Below are positions 1 through 15,426 of a stretch of DNA of 64,000 bases, piece after piece. The stretch lies in NCBI RefSeq assembly GCF_009914755.1, contig NC_060926.1. One strand, written 5' to 3'. Each line of letters opens with the position of its first letter. The first letter of the stretch is position 1. The stretch comes from the human T2T-CHM13v2.0 reference genome, Homo sapiens. The position numbers and the translations under genes were made by a program. The notes under the pieces are model-generated. The model searched no databases, was not told the DNA's origin, and saw nothing but the letters and a program-made list of their open reading frames with translations.

Positions 1-22
1 AAAAAAAATGAAACAAAGCAAT

Positions 23-990
<968 letters not shown>

Positions 991-1510
991 AATTTCAAGA
1001 AGGAATCCAATCCAAATGTATATATGTGTATGTATGCATATCTGTCTATCTGCCTACCTATCTGTTTATCTGTCCATCTATCTCTGGGCAGTAAAATTAC
1101 ACATACATTCTCAGTTGCTTCTTCATAATTAAGTGTATCATCTAAGTTATTTCGAATGAATATTTATAATTTGTGAAATAAAAAAGTTTTAAAAAGTCTA
1201 AAATTAACATGGAAGATATTGATTCAATTTCTAAAAGAAGGGATATAAAATAGCAGCACATCCTGCAACTATACAACATAAATATATGGTACTAGTACTG
1301 GAAAATAGAATAAAATGAAAATAAGTATGCAAAAGTGGTAAATTTATGTATGAATTAAAAAATTAAAAAAATTTTACTGTAATCTTTATGTTTACAAGTA
1401 GATAGAAAATGACCACATTGGCCTCAAAAATGAAATGGGGCTTTGTTTATTTATTTAATATTGAAAATGTTAATGGCAACATTATCATGTCTAGGCACCT
1501 TTTTCTGAAA

Positions 1511-1579
1511 ATGCATTCTATAAATGCATTCTATAAATATTCATTTATATTTATAGAATGCATTCTATAAATATTCATT
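1511..1579. repeat. Direct/inverted micro-repeat containing a perfect 28-bp palindrome
   Basis: 22-mer ATGCATTCTATAAATATTCATT at 1524-1545 and 1558-1579; palindrome at 1547-1574. Confidence 0.9.
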
Positions 1580-3071
1580 GCATAAGTTTTCTGTTTCTTC
1601 CTTGAACTTTCCCTTTTACCAATTTTTCTGTTGTTCTACCTGAGTTTTCTTATTCTACTTGTGTTTTCATGGAAAATTGTTCACTTCCTTTAACATTTCA
1701 AACTCACTAAAGTTTAACTTTGAATAGAATTTCCCAATAATTTTAATGATTATGTAGTTTTCAAATTTTGTTTCCCTTATATTCTTTTGGGTATTTAGTT
1801 GGTTATACCTTAGTATTAGTGGTTTGTAAATATTGTATTAATTAATTTTTATCTTAGTTTTGCTATTTGGCATATTCTCTTCTAATTTCTATGATTTCAT
1901 ATTTATTACTGCCTTTTAAAATTTATTGCTTATATATATTTTAAAAATTTAGATGTAGATCTTTCTTTCTTGTTCTTATAGGAATGAAAGATACAAAAGT
2001 ACCTCTGATACAGCTTTGAATATGTACCTGTTACCTTTTTTGGTTTTAAATTAATGCCTCTATATTTAACACTGTCTTTTCAACTCGATTGTTCTATCAC
2101 GGAGTATTTCTTCCATTCTTATCTGGCCATGTGCAAAATGGTGGTATATTGCCTTTCTCTGTAATTTATTGAATTGCAGTCTGAATCAATGTGTGAAATC
2201 TTTTCTAATAATACCTGTCTTCAAAATTGCAATTAATTTTTGTACAAGCTTCATGTACACTTGAGAAAGCTCTTTGTTTCCCAATTTTTCCTCTTTGGAG
2301 CAGTTCGTTCAATCACATCCCTTTGTAGAAGAAAAAATGGAGGCCTCTGAGGTGCAGGGACTTGCTGGTGATTCCTCAGTGGAGCTGGGGCGCAGCCTGT
2401 GCTTGGGGCCATTGAATGGAGTATTATTGAGAGTTTATGCCAACATGCTTCAACAGTACTCTCCCCTGCTAATGCTCCTTTCTGTTGAAAAGCTACAGAG
2501 CAGGGGCTGCCTTAAGCCAATATCCTGTTTTGGGGGCTCTCCCTCTCTGCAGCCTCCCTGCTTCACAAAGCATCATTCTGACCTGTTAACCTTGGTCCTC
2601 TGTTTGGCTTTGTCTGAAGAAGGAATTCTTTCCTAGCGGCCTGGATCCTCACGCAAACAGACCTCCAGCGGGTCCTCCCACTGGTGTTTTGGGCATGCCT
2701 AGGTATGCCGGACTCCTGGGATGAACATAATAACTTAATCAGTCAAGCTGGGACTCACTACACTTGCTTTGTGCAAACATGACTTATCTATGCTAGGCTT
2801 TTAAATTATTCTTTTTTCTTTAAGTGTGTGTGTGTTTTAAAATGAGATGCATGTGTGGATTTTGTCTTTTTAATCTAGTTTGTAATTTTATTTTTTAAAT
2901 AGGAGAATTCGGTCCATTTACATGTAATCTTATAATTGTTGTAATTGTGTTTTCTGGTATTTTTCTCAGTTAATAAAATTCTCTGTTTTCTCTTTAACTT
3001 AACATAAGGATTTCCATTTTAAAAATTCATTTAAGTGTTTTAAAAATTCATTTATGTGAGATTGAATTTAA

Positions 3072-3377
<306 letters not shown>

Positions 3378-3457
3378 CAACGTAACATTTTTTGAACAAC
3401 TCCATTTCCTCATGTTTTTCTCTCTTGACTGACCTATCCCCAAACAGCCTGCGCTTG

Positions 3458-3466
3458 CTTTCTCTT

Positions 3467-3499
<33 letters not shown>

Positions 3500-3509
3500 T
3501 TCTTCTTTT

Positions 3510-3592
<83 letters not shown>

Positions 3593-3601
3593 CTTTCTTT
3601 C

Positions 3602-3607
<6 letters not shown>
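3458..3607. repeat. (TC)n/(TTTC)n microsatellite derived from an Alu tail
   Basis: Long TTTC array directly adjoining an antisense Alu. Confidence 0.95.
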
Positions 3608-3978
<371 letters not shown>

Positions 3979-4402
3979 TAGCCAGGTCCTCTTGGTTTCA
4001 TTTTGTTTTGTTTGGGTATTCTGAAAACTTTTCTCTCCAGTTAAATATTTTATTATTTTTCCTTCTTTTGTACACCAGCAAATTCAGCTTTAAATCCTGT
4101 TAAATATTTTAAAATATGATTGTTACATTTTATTACACCTATATATCCCTGCTTTCAGACTGGAATATGCATATTTGTGGAGATATCAGGCTATGCTACA
4201 TATGACTATTATTTCTCCCTGCCTACATGCCCTTCATTGAAATTGCCACCTCCCTCCAGATAAGTATACATACATAACCCCCCAGCCCCTACGACCTGGG
4301 CAGTCATAATTCCGCTAAGTAAATCTGTTTCCTTGGCTCAACTGATTGGATCCAGTGGGCCCCTAATCCATATACTCCATGGATGGTCAATTTACAGTCC
4401 TG

Positions 4403-4710
4403 TTTTTTTGAGATGGAGTCTCGCTCCGTCACCCAGGCTGAAGTGCAGTGGCGCAATCTTGGCTCACCACAACCTCTGCCTCCAGGCTCAAGCGATCCTC
4501 CTACCTCAAGTGATCCTCCCACCTCAGCCTCTCAAGTAGCTGGGTCTACAGGTGTGCACCACCACGCCCACTTAATTTTTGTATTTTTTTGGTAGCGACA
4601 GGTTTTCGACATGTTGTCCAGGCTGGTCTCAAACTCCTGGGCTCAAGCAATTCACCCATCTTGGCCTCCCAAAGTGCTGGCATTATAGGAGTGAGCCACT
4701 GTGCCTGGCC
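4403..4710 (-). mobile_element. AluJ-like element with an 18-bp internal tandem duplication
   Basis: CTCAAGCGATCCTCCTAC (4487-4504) followed by CTCAAGTGATCCTCCCAC (4505-4522). Confidence 0.9.
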
Positions 4711-4769
4711 ACGTAGTCATTTTTCACTCCTAAGAGTGACCTCTTCTTATTAAATGACAATGTTAGTAA

Positions 4770-4985
4770 ATATATATTCACAATGTGCTCAGGCACTGTT
4801 CTAAGTACTTTACATGCATTGACTCATTTAAATCTCATATCAACCTCATGAGGTGATATGACTATCATTATCTACATTTCACAGGCAAGGAAAACAGAGA
4901 GGCAGAGAGGTTGAGTAACTTGTCCAAGGTCACACACAGTGAGTAACTGGTTGAGTTGGATTTGAACCCAGCAGTTTGGCTCCCT
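4770..4985 (-). mobile_element. MIR SINE
   Basis: MIR core in reverse: GAGAGGTTGAGTAACTTGTCCAAGGTCACACA...GGATTTGAACCCAG. Confidence 0.9.
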
Positions 4986-5442
4986 CTGTCCTAAGTGCTA
5001 TGCTGAATTGCTGCTGTATTGGATTTGCAACACAAGAAATCCCTTTTTGTTATACCAGCTTCATATGAGGCTGGTCTCTGGCAGGCAGTAAGGTACAGAA
5101 GAAAGTAAAATCTTGTACCTCCCTCTTCAGTGAATTCCCCAACAAAACAAAGGTACAAGCATTCTGGGTTTTGTGAATTGAATGCCATTCTTTTTTTCTC
5201 TTTTAAAGCGTAAAAATTATTAGATGCCACTTGTAGCTGGTGAGATGTGTCTGTGATTAAAAGAGAAATTTCAAAACCAGAAAAAAATATGCAAGATAGA
5301 AGATAGGAGAAAGAAAAGATAAAATAGGATGATGACAGAATATAAAAATTAAGACAGATTTAAAGCTAAAAACGTGGGAATAAAAATGTAGAAAGAATAG
5401 GGCAACACTGTAAATCAGGGAATTTTCTAAAATCCACTTTAA

Positions 5443-5540
5443 TTTCTTATTTTTTTTTTAGAGTCTTGCTCTGTCTCCCAGGCTGAAGTGCAATGGCACA
5501 ATCTCAGCTCACTGCAATCTCTGCCTCCCGGGTTCAAGCA
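5443..5540 (-). mobile_element. 5'-truncated Alu (end of right arm only) with TSD
   Basis: TSD TAAAATCCACTTT at 5428-5440 and 5541-5553. Confidence 0.85.
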
Positions 5541-5798
5541 TAAAATCCACTTTTAAAGTAGCATTTATGAAATTAAAAAAGAAAATAGGAAAGCACTAGA
5601 AAACAAAACAAAAAAATTAAACCTAAAAAGTTAAGCATAATATGTTGATAACATCCCAATAAAATAAAATTAACAGGTAAAATATTTAAAAAGATGACAT
5701 TTTAAATAGGAACCAGAAGGTAAAAGAGAAATTAAGCTAAGACCTCAGAGTCCAAAGAAAAAGAAATATTCTCATAGAATTTAGATTTTCAAAGTTAA

Positions 5799-6099
<301 letters not shown>

Positions 6100-6959
6100 T
6101 TTAAGAGAAAAAAGAATACTATATATAGAAAAAAGAAAATGTATTTTTTAAAAACATTAAGTTTAAATTGAGAGAAGAGCAAAAATAGACTTTAATCAGA
6201 CCAAAATTGTATGTTGGAATTAGTGGTCTGGATGGGTGTAGTCGTTGCAGTTGAGGACGCCAAAAACAGTAGATATGGGAATGGTGAGACACCTTTTCTA
6301 TTCACCATGGCGCTCTCAGCCTTGGTGAAGGCCAGGCTCCTGGCACTTTAACATATCCCTCAACAGAACTGGGGCCTCGAAAAGGCCAGCAAATCCTGCT
6401 TCACTTTGGTTCTTGGAATGTGTTTGATTCTTAGTTTTTCTTTACCCTTTTTAATAGTCCTTTCATTATCTTTTACTGCCTTTATGATAAAATTATCATG
6501 TGAAAGGCAACTAAAATATGTTGAATGAATGTATTCCATCTTATCTCCTTGGAGTTTTGGTGTTTGATTTGGTTATTACACTTTCACACACACACACCCC
6601 ACCTTTATCACCTTGACTCATCTCTGAGGTTGCAACACTTGTTATTGACCCTGAGTTGCTTGGTTGTTTGCTTCTTTCACTGTCCTTGGTGGCAGTGGAA
6701 TTGGGTGGGGAGGAGACAATCCTCAGAACCTGCTCAGGGACTGGATTGTTAGGGTGTGGGCGTGGTGATGAGGGAAAGTGGAGTCAGGGATGACCCCATG
6801 GTGTCTGCTTTTGTGACTGAGTAGATGTTAGTCCAGAAGGCTGGGTTAGGGGTGGTGGTTGCTAAGAATTCAGGTCAGGCTGGGACTGAGAGGTTCTGGG
6901 GCAACCACAGCTGTGTACAAGCCCTAAACTTCCAGAAAGGCTTGGACTTCATAACAGAC

Positions 6960-7327
6960 TGTTATGGACTAAATGTCTGTGTTCTTTCAAAGTTCATATG
7001 TTGAAACCCTAATCCCAGTGTGATGGTATTTGGAGGTGGGGGCTTTGGGAAGTACTTGGGTCATGAGAGTGGAGTTCTTACTAATGGGATTAGTGTTCTT
7101 CTAAGAAGAGGCCTGTGAGAGGCCAGCTAGCTAGCCTTCTTCCTATCATGTCACAACAGGACAAGAAGGCCATCTATGAACCAGGAAATGGTTCGCCAGA
7201 GATGGAATCTGCTAGTGCCTTGATCTTGGACTTCACAGCTTTTAGAACCACGATAAACAAATTTCTGTTGTTCATAAGCCACTCAATCTATGGTATTGTG
7301 TTACAGCACTCCTAAAGGACCAAGATA
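6960..7327 (+). mobile_element. MaLR solo LTR (MLT1A-like)
   Basis: TGTTATGGACTAAATGTCTGTG...CATATGTTGAAACCCTAATCCC...GCCTTGATCTTGGACTTC...AAATTTCTGTTGTT. Confidence 0.85.
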
Positions 7328-7641
7328 GCCCACTTGACCCATATTTTGGTGTTTCTAAATTCTTCAGCCATACATTTTGAATTTATTGGTTTTCTGACAC
7401 AGATAACCTGTCACATCTGTTATGGAGAGATCTGTTGTCTTTCAGAGAATATTACTTCTATCTCTTTTCAGGGAGCTTATTGTAATACTTGTTTCAATAG
7501 GAACATACTGAAGTAATGGACTGAACGAACATATGCTAGTGGGATAAGCCTCTTGCCGCAAGTCTACTCCAGAGTGTGTTGTGATCTTCCTTTAGCCCAC
7601 GTGAGGAAGCCAGGGCTCACATCACTTAAGAGGGCACAGTG

Positions 7642-7877
7642 CGCTGGGCGCTGTGGCTCACGCCTGTAACCCCAGCACTTTGGGAGGCCGAGGTGGGCGG
7701 ATCACGAGGCCAAGAGATCGAGACCATCCTGGCCAACATGGTGAAACCCCGTCTCTACTAAAAATGCAAAAATTAGCTGGGTGTGGTGGGATGTGCCTCG
7801 TGAGCCGAGATTGCACCACTCCACTCCAGCCTGGCGACAGAGTGAGACTTCATCCCCCGACCCCCACAAAAAAAAAA
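7642..7877 (+). mobile_element. AluSc-like element with ~70-bp right-arm deletion
   Basis: Deletion junction GTGCCTCGTGAGCCGAG; TSD AAGAGGGCACAGTG at 7628-7641 and 7876-7889. Confidence 0.9.
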
Positions 7878-8098
7878 GAGGGCACAGTGATATGTCCACC
7901 CTAGCCCTGTAGCCTATACAAAGGCAGGCAGCACACTTTGACAAACGACCAATCAAAATGAGATTTGTCCGTTGAACTTAAGGAAAATAATGGTCTCAGC
8001 CCTACTTCCTCTGCTCTTGTCCTTGATTCTCTATTCCTACTTTTAATTATTTTTGGTTTCCTTGGCTTCACCTCCTATTTCTAGTCCTGAAATCTCAG

Positions 8099-8444
<346 letters not shown>

Positions 8445-8776
8445 TAGGTCTTCCCCTTCCTGTCCCCACTGGCCCCTCTCCTATCCACTGAATCCCTGGA
8501 TGCCTGACACCCTCTGCCTCCTGTCCTTGCTGGGTTTCCTCTACCCTCTACATTTCAAAGACAAGTTTTGCTGAAATCACAGTTTTCCTGAGGGTTCTAG
8601 AAAGGTCTGTGTGAACATTAAAAAACAAAGGTTCCTTGGGTTCATTTAGTCTTTAAGCAAACATCGATTGAGGCCTGTGTGTGTGGCAGGTACTGCAGAT
8701 GCAAAGTTTTCCACCTTCATGGAGCTCATAGTTACTAAGGGAAACCCTGAATTTTCTTAGACTACTGCAACGCACT

Positions 8777-9441
<665 letters not shown>

Positions 9442-9849
9442 TGATTTTTCTATGGTCACCAATGGACACTTGATCTCCATAGCTTGAGAATGGCGGCCAT
9501 CCCCTCACTGGCATTCTTTCCTCTTGTGCTCTCCCGAACGTTCTGGCTGCTCTTTGGATTTCCTTTTCCTTTGCTCACATCTACAATATTGGTGTTTCCT
9601 AGGTCCCGTACTTAACGATTGTTTCCTCTCAACACGCTTCCCTGGGCGGGCTGAACTGTCGGGGGCTTTCTCGGCTGCGCTTCCTCTCTCACCTGAAACC
9701 CTCTTCCCAACCCTTTATACTAGGTCGACGTCTCCAACATCAGCTGCTCCCCACCCGTGTCTGGGTGGGCCCCTTGGGCAGGCTCCCCTAGTCTCCTTTC
9801 CTTCGATCATCCCCACGTGCAGGACGTCATCTGCTTGCTCTGCCATCAG

Positions 9850-9970
9850 CCTCACATCCTGAGGGCAGGGACCATGCGGGGGTTGTCCATCTCTGTATCC
9901 CCAGTGCCAGCACTGCACCTCGCCCCAAGCAGTTGTCCAATAAATGAGCAGTGAGTAAATGAAAGAATGA
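9850..9970 (+). mobile_element. L2 3' end
   Basis: CCTGAGGGCAGGGACCATG...TGTATCCCCAGTGCC...AATAAATG...AATGAAAGAATGA. Confidence 0.75.
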
Positions 9971-9989
9971 GCAAAGCCTTGTAACAGGA

Positions 9990-10760
9990 AAGGGGCCGGC
10001 GGCGTCTGCCGTGCAAGACCTGGCCCAGTGGAGCAGAGCCTGGAGGTTCAGGAGCCGGGTCTGGAAGGCTCCTTCCGGTGGAAGAGGGGCCCGGAGCCAG
10101 CCGGCGCCTGGCACAAGGCGTCTCAGAGGCCGCCCACTGGGAGCCAACCGTTGCAGCCAGTTGTCCCCGCGAGCGAGGCCGGAGAAGGCGCGGCGGCCCC
10201 TGGCCTGGCCATTTCGCCCTTGTCGCAGCTGAACCGCCGACTACGAGCTCCTGCACCGCGCACACACCCCGCGCGCTTCGCTCTCGGCCTCGCCCGGCCA
10301 CCGTCGCTCTCTAGAACGCCGCGCCCGTGACCCGGAAGAGCATTCTCCTTAGCAACTGCGGGACTGCGGCGGCGCCGGCCTCCGGGGAGAAACGGTGAGG
10401 CCCTCACTCGCCTGCCCCCTGCACCGCCTAGTGCTGCACGACCCCCTCGGGACCGACCCGGGGTCTGGCCTCTGGGGGGCTCCGCGGCGCTTCGCCCGGC
10501 ACCTGTGGTGGCGGCCCGGGACGAGCGTCTTCCGCCTCTGGCGTTGCTCCCCGGCCCACGCGTCTTCCCTGTCCCGCATCTCCCTCAATGTCCCCAGCTC
10601 CCCACTCTCCGCTCCTGACCGACCCGGCCTCCCAGGCCGCGCTTATAGCGCCGGGGCCCTTGTAGCCTAGGATGGCGTGAGGGGAGCGAGACCAGAATTA
10701 GAGCCTGTTGCTGTAGAGAGGACGCCTCCCGAGGCTCGGGTCACCTGTGGACGCGTTCTC
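9990..10760. promoter_or_regulatory. DIS3L2: CpG island / TATA-less promoter of DIS3L2
   Basis: The only GC-rich, CpG-dense non-Alu segment. ETS CCGGAAG at 10332-10338 and CTTCCGG at 10072-10078; RFX-like CCTTAGCAAC at 10347-10356; first-exon donor at 10395. Confidence 0.92.
10342..10394 (+). other. DIS3L2: DIS3L2 non-coding exon 1 (TSS approximate)
   Basis: Inr-like CATTCT just after the ETS site; donor ACG|GTGAGG at 10395; no ATG in the exon. Start position is inferred. Confidence 0.8.
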
Positions 10761-11067
10761 TAGGGTCTTGATCGAGATGTTCAGGACTGGCAGGGATGGG
10801 GAGCCTCGGGAATCTTGAAGGGCAGCCGCTTAATTATAACATGTCCTTGACGTTTGCGCTTTCCACAGTGATACACTTTATCTCCTTTATTGATCATAGA
10901 GAGTTTTTTTTTTTTAATAAACTTTTAGATATGGGGGATACGCATGCAGGTTAGTCACATGGGTATATTGCACCCAGGTATTGAGCATAGAACCCAGTAG
11001 GTAGTTTTTCAACCCACATCCCCCATCTCTCCCCTCCTTCCAGTAGTCTACAGTGTCTACCGTTACC

Positions 11068-11365
11068 TTTTTTTTTTTTTTTTTGAGACGGAGTCTCATT
11101 CTGTCGCCCAGGCTGGAGTGCAGTGGCGCGATTCGGCTCACTGCAAGCTCCGCCTCCTGGGTTCATGCCATTCTTCTGCCTCAGCCTCCCGAGTAGCTGG
11201 GACTACAGGCGCCCGCCACCCCGCCCGGCTAATTTTTTTGTATTTTTAGTAGAGACGGGGTTTCACCATGTTAGTCAGGATGGTCTCGATCTCTTGACCT
11301 CGTGATCCGCCCGCCTTGGCCTCCCAAAGTGCTAGGATTACAGGCGTGAGCCACCGCACCCGGCC
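11068..11365 (-). mobile_element. AluY-like element
   Basis: CTGCAAGCTCCGCC, GCCATTCT, GGATGGTCTCGATCTC diagnostics. Confidence 0.95.
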
Positions 11366-12356
11366 GACTGTTCCCATGTTTATGTCCATGTGCGCTCAGT
11401 GTTTCTACTCCCACTTGTAAGTGTGCTCAATGTTTAGCTCCCACTTATAAGTGAGAACGTGTGGTGTTTAGTTTTCTGTTCTTGTGCTAATTCGTTTAGG
11501 ATTATGGCCTCCAGCTCCATCTGTGCTGCTGTAAAGGACATGATATCTTCCTTTTTTGTGGCTGCATAGTATTCCATCCTGTACATCCACATTTTTTTTT
11601 TCCAGTCCACCATTGATGGTCACCTAGGTTGATTCCGTGTGTTTGCTATTGTGAATAGCTCAGCCGTGAACATACAACTGCATATGTCTTTTTGGTATAA
11701 TGGTCTGTTTTCCTTTGGTTATATACCCAACAGTGGGATTGCTGGGTGAAATGGTGGCTCTTTAAGTTCTTTGAGAAATCTCCAAACTGCTTTCCACAGT
11801 GGCTGAACTAATTTACATTCCCACCAACAGTAGTTTAAATGTTCCCTTTCCAAGGGAGCCTAATGAGGATCTGTTGTTTTTTGACTTTTTGATAATAGCC
11901 ATTCTGACTGGTGTGAGATGGTATTTCATTGTGGTTTTGATTGGCATTTCTCTGATAATTAGTCATGATCATGTTTTCCATATATTTGTTGGCTGCTTGT
12001 ATGTCGTGGTTTTTTCTTTTTGTATTTCTTCTGAGAAGTGTTCATGTCCTTTGGCCATTTTTAAAAATGGGCTTATTTGTTTTTTGCTTGTTGATTTAAG
12101 TTCCATAGGGATTCTGGATATTGGACCTTTGTCAGATGCATAGTTTGTGAATATTCTCGCCCATTTTGTAGGTTGTCTGTTTAATCTGTTGATAATTTCT
12201 TTTGCTGTGCAGAAGCTCTAGTTTAATTAGTTCCAACTTGTCAATTTTTGTTTTTGCTGCAGTTGCTTATGGGGACTTAGCCAAAAATTTGCCAAGGTCA
12301 GTGTCAAGAAGTGTATTTCCTGGGTTTTCTTCTAGGATTTTTATAGCTTGAGGTCT

Positions 12357-12648
<292 letters not shown>

Positions 12649-14214
12649 TGAGGTCTTTGCATTTAAATCTTTAACCCATTATGTATATCATGAAATATAT
12701 ACAGTTTTATATCTTCTGCATGTGGCTAGTTAGTTATCCCAGCACCATTTATTGAATAGGGAGTCCCTTCTCCATTTGTTTTTTGTCAGTTTGTTGAAGA
12801 TCATATGGTTGTAGGTGTGTGGCTTTATTTCTGAGTTTTCTGTTCTGTTCCATTGTTCTATAGGTGTGAGACTCATTTAATTGTACATCTTGAACTGATC
12901 CTTTTCTGGGGAATTTGCTTCCCAGTTGTGAGTGAGGTGTGGTTAGTATATTCTGTAGCTTAGATTTTTGTGCTTACAAGTTTTCTGCAGAAGGAAATCT
13001 TCCCGGGACTGACTAGGTTTGAGGTTTGAGAAATATTTCAAGTGAAATTTGCTACATTGAAGAAAGTAGGAGCAGGTGTTGTTAATAGCATGGACTTACA
13101 CTTCAGAAGACACTATGGCACTGGAAAACCTCCCCTGATTTGAGTTTGAATGAGCTGTACTAAGAAAACTGTAAGCCTTATTTGAACATGGTTGGATAAC
13201 GACTTTATTTTTAATCTGATGATGATGGAGCTAAAACTGAGGCGTGTGAACCGTTTTTGGAAATGACATTATTTGGGAATAAAATGTGGGAGTTTCTATA
13301 TCAAAATTCATTTAAAACTATAATTTCATTCCAATTTAATAACTTTATTAAGCATCTACAGCATTATACACTTTAAAGGATATAAAAGAAAAGTGCACAC
13401 ATGAAATTATTAGGAAAGCAATGAAATGGACATTTGTTTAAATGCAAAATATGTGGTACAGATATTAAGTGCTGTAGTAGGTCAGAGGGTGGAGAAATCA
13501 TTTCTGGATTAAATGGGACTTGATTTGTCTCTAAAGTACAGATATAATTTGTATTTGTATTGGAGAGGACAGGAAGTCCTAATTCCTTTCCTTATATTCT
13601 TAAGAGTTTGGGAAATAGTTCCATGTGGCATTTCGAAGTTCTTATTTAATGCTTTCAGGTCACTTGATTTGTGACCTATTTCTTTCAAATAGTCTTAGTA
13701 CAAATCTATATGACATTTTTCCTGTTTGACATCTAAAATAGTGAAGTTACTAGCTGAGGGCTTTGCCACTTAGAGTTTCTTTGCTTCTGCATTTGGTGTT
13801 AGGTTTATATGAAACACCACAGTTTAAGTAGTTACTGTTTCATTCATGCTCAAGAGTCTTGTGAAATGTTGCTCTTTTTTATTTGACTGGTATTTCTGAA
13901 GTGCTTCCTATGTAGCAGCGGTAGTATCAGGAATTACCAAAAACAACTGTTACTTGGCAACCAGTAGGTATGCTTTACATAAGGAGAGTGTGTGTGTTTA
14001 GCCTATCAGCCTTTGATGCTCAGCATTTGCCTTGAGACATTGAAGGCCAGAGCAATTTATGTAGACATCTGAATTGACTTTTTTTTTTTTTTTTGAGTTT
14101 AATGTTTAATAAGGGGACTCAGTTGCTTTGGGCATCCACCAAAGATACATTTGTGAAGATGATCAAACTTTTAAGTCCTCTTAAAAGATGTTTTGTTGCT
14201 TTCTTATAGACTTA

Positions 14215-14400
14215 GTGTTCATTTATTCACTTAATCATCAAATATAATATTTGAGTGCTTACTTGGTACCAGGCACTATGCTTGGCCTTGGAGATGGGGG
14301 AGAGTGAATGCACATATGATCTCTGTCCTCAGCAGATGATACTCAAATAATCACACAAATGCAAAACTATGGCTGTGACAAGTGTTTTAGAGAAATCACT
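14215..14400 (-). mobile_element. L2 3' fragment
   Basis: TTCATTTATTCA...ATTTGAGTGCTTAC...CCAGGCACTATGCT. Confidence 0.65.
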
Positions 14401-14484
14401 GAAATGACATTTTAACTGATGTCTACAAGATGCACAGGAAGAGAACAGTGCTCTAATCAAAGCAGACCCTCTGATGCCACGTCC

Positions 14485-14615
14485 ATGTTGCCCTGGCTGG
14501 AGTGCAGTGGTGAGATCACGGCTTACTGTGGCCTCGACCTTCTGGGCTCAGGCGATCCTCCTGCTTCAACCTCCCGAAGTTCTGGGATTATAGATGTAAG
14601 CCACCATGCCCAGCC
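14485..14615 (-). mobile_element. Alu monomer (FRAM/FAM-like)
   Basis: Single right-arm-type monomer. Confidence 0.75.
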
Positions 14616-14789
14616 TGTCCTTTTATTTTATCCTTCAAAAAGTTTTTGTTTTACAGAAGGAGTTTCATGAAATGCTATTGAGCATGAGTAAAAGTAAAAC
14701 TGGGCCTGGAATGAGTGGATAGATCCCTCTGAGGTCTGGCCATCGATACCATTTTTGCTGATGTCAGGGAGTGGAGACTTGACCAGAAT

Positions 14790-15109
14790 TCTTCTTCTTC
14801 TTCTTTTTTTTTTTTTTTGAGACAGAGACTTACTCTGTTGCCCAGGCTGGAGTGCAGTGGCACGATCTCAGCTTACTGCAACCTCCGCCTTGTGGGCTGA
14901 AGTGATTCTCCAGCCTCAGCCTCGTGAGTAGCTGGGACTACAAGCTCATGCCACCACGCCTGGCTAATTTTTTGTATTTTAAGTAGAGACGGGGTTTCAC
15001 CATGTTGGCCAGGCTGGTCTCAAACTCCTGACCTCAAGCAATCCACCCGCCTTGCCCTCCCAAAGTGCTGGGATTACAGACGTGAGCCACTGAGCCACTG
15101 TGCCTGGCC
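14790..15109 (-). mobile_element. AluS-like element
   Basis: (TTC)n/poly-T tail plus dimer. Confidence 0.95.
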
Positions 15110-15271
15110 TTTTTGAGACAGAATCTCACTCTGCTGCCCAGGCTGGAGTGCAGTAGTGTGATCATAGCTCACTGTAACCTTGAACTCCCAGGCTCGAGTG
15201 ATCTTCCCACCTGAGCCTCTTGAGTAGCTGGGTCTACAGGCATGAGCCACCATGCCCAGCTAGTTAAAAAA

Positions 15272-15308
<37 letters not shown>

Positions 15309-15426
15309 TGGAGACAGGGTCTTGCTATGTTGCTCAGGCTTGTCTGAAACTCTTGGCCTCAAGTGATCCTCCTGCCTCAGCCTCTCAAATATTGGAGTTA
15401 CAGGCATGAATCACTGTGCCCATCCC
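15110..15426 (-). mobile_element. AluJ-like element with expanded internal T34 run
   Basis: Dimer whose linker carries a poly-T at 15274-15307. Confidence 0.9.

Noticed and set aside
10239-10260. GACTACGAGCTCC resembling the ZNF143-associated ACTACAnnTCCC motif
   Set aside because: Too many mismatches to call from sequence alone.
9524-10670. Overlapping 65-149 aa ORFs on both strands
   Set aside because: Explained by stop-codon depletion in GC-rich DNA; no recognisable protein. The ORF at 10395 starts at the splice-donor GTG.
11799-12143. 114-aa ORF inside L1
   Set aside because: Antisense reading of a decayed L1 ORF2; no intact L1 ORF is present in the window.
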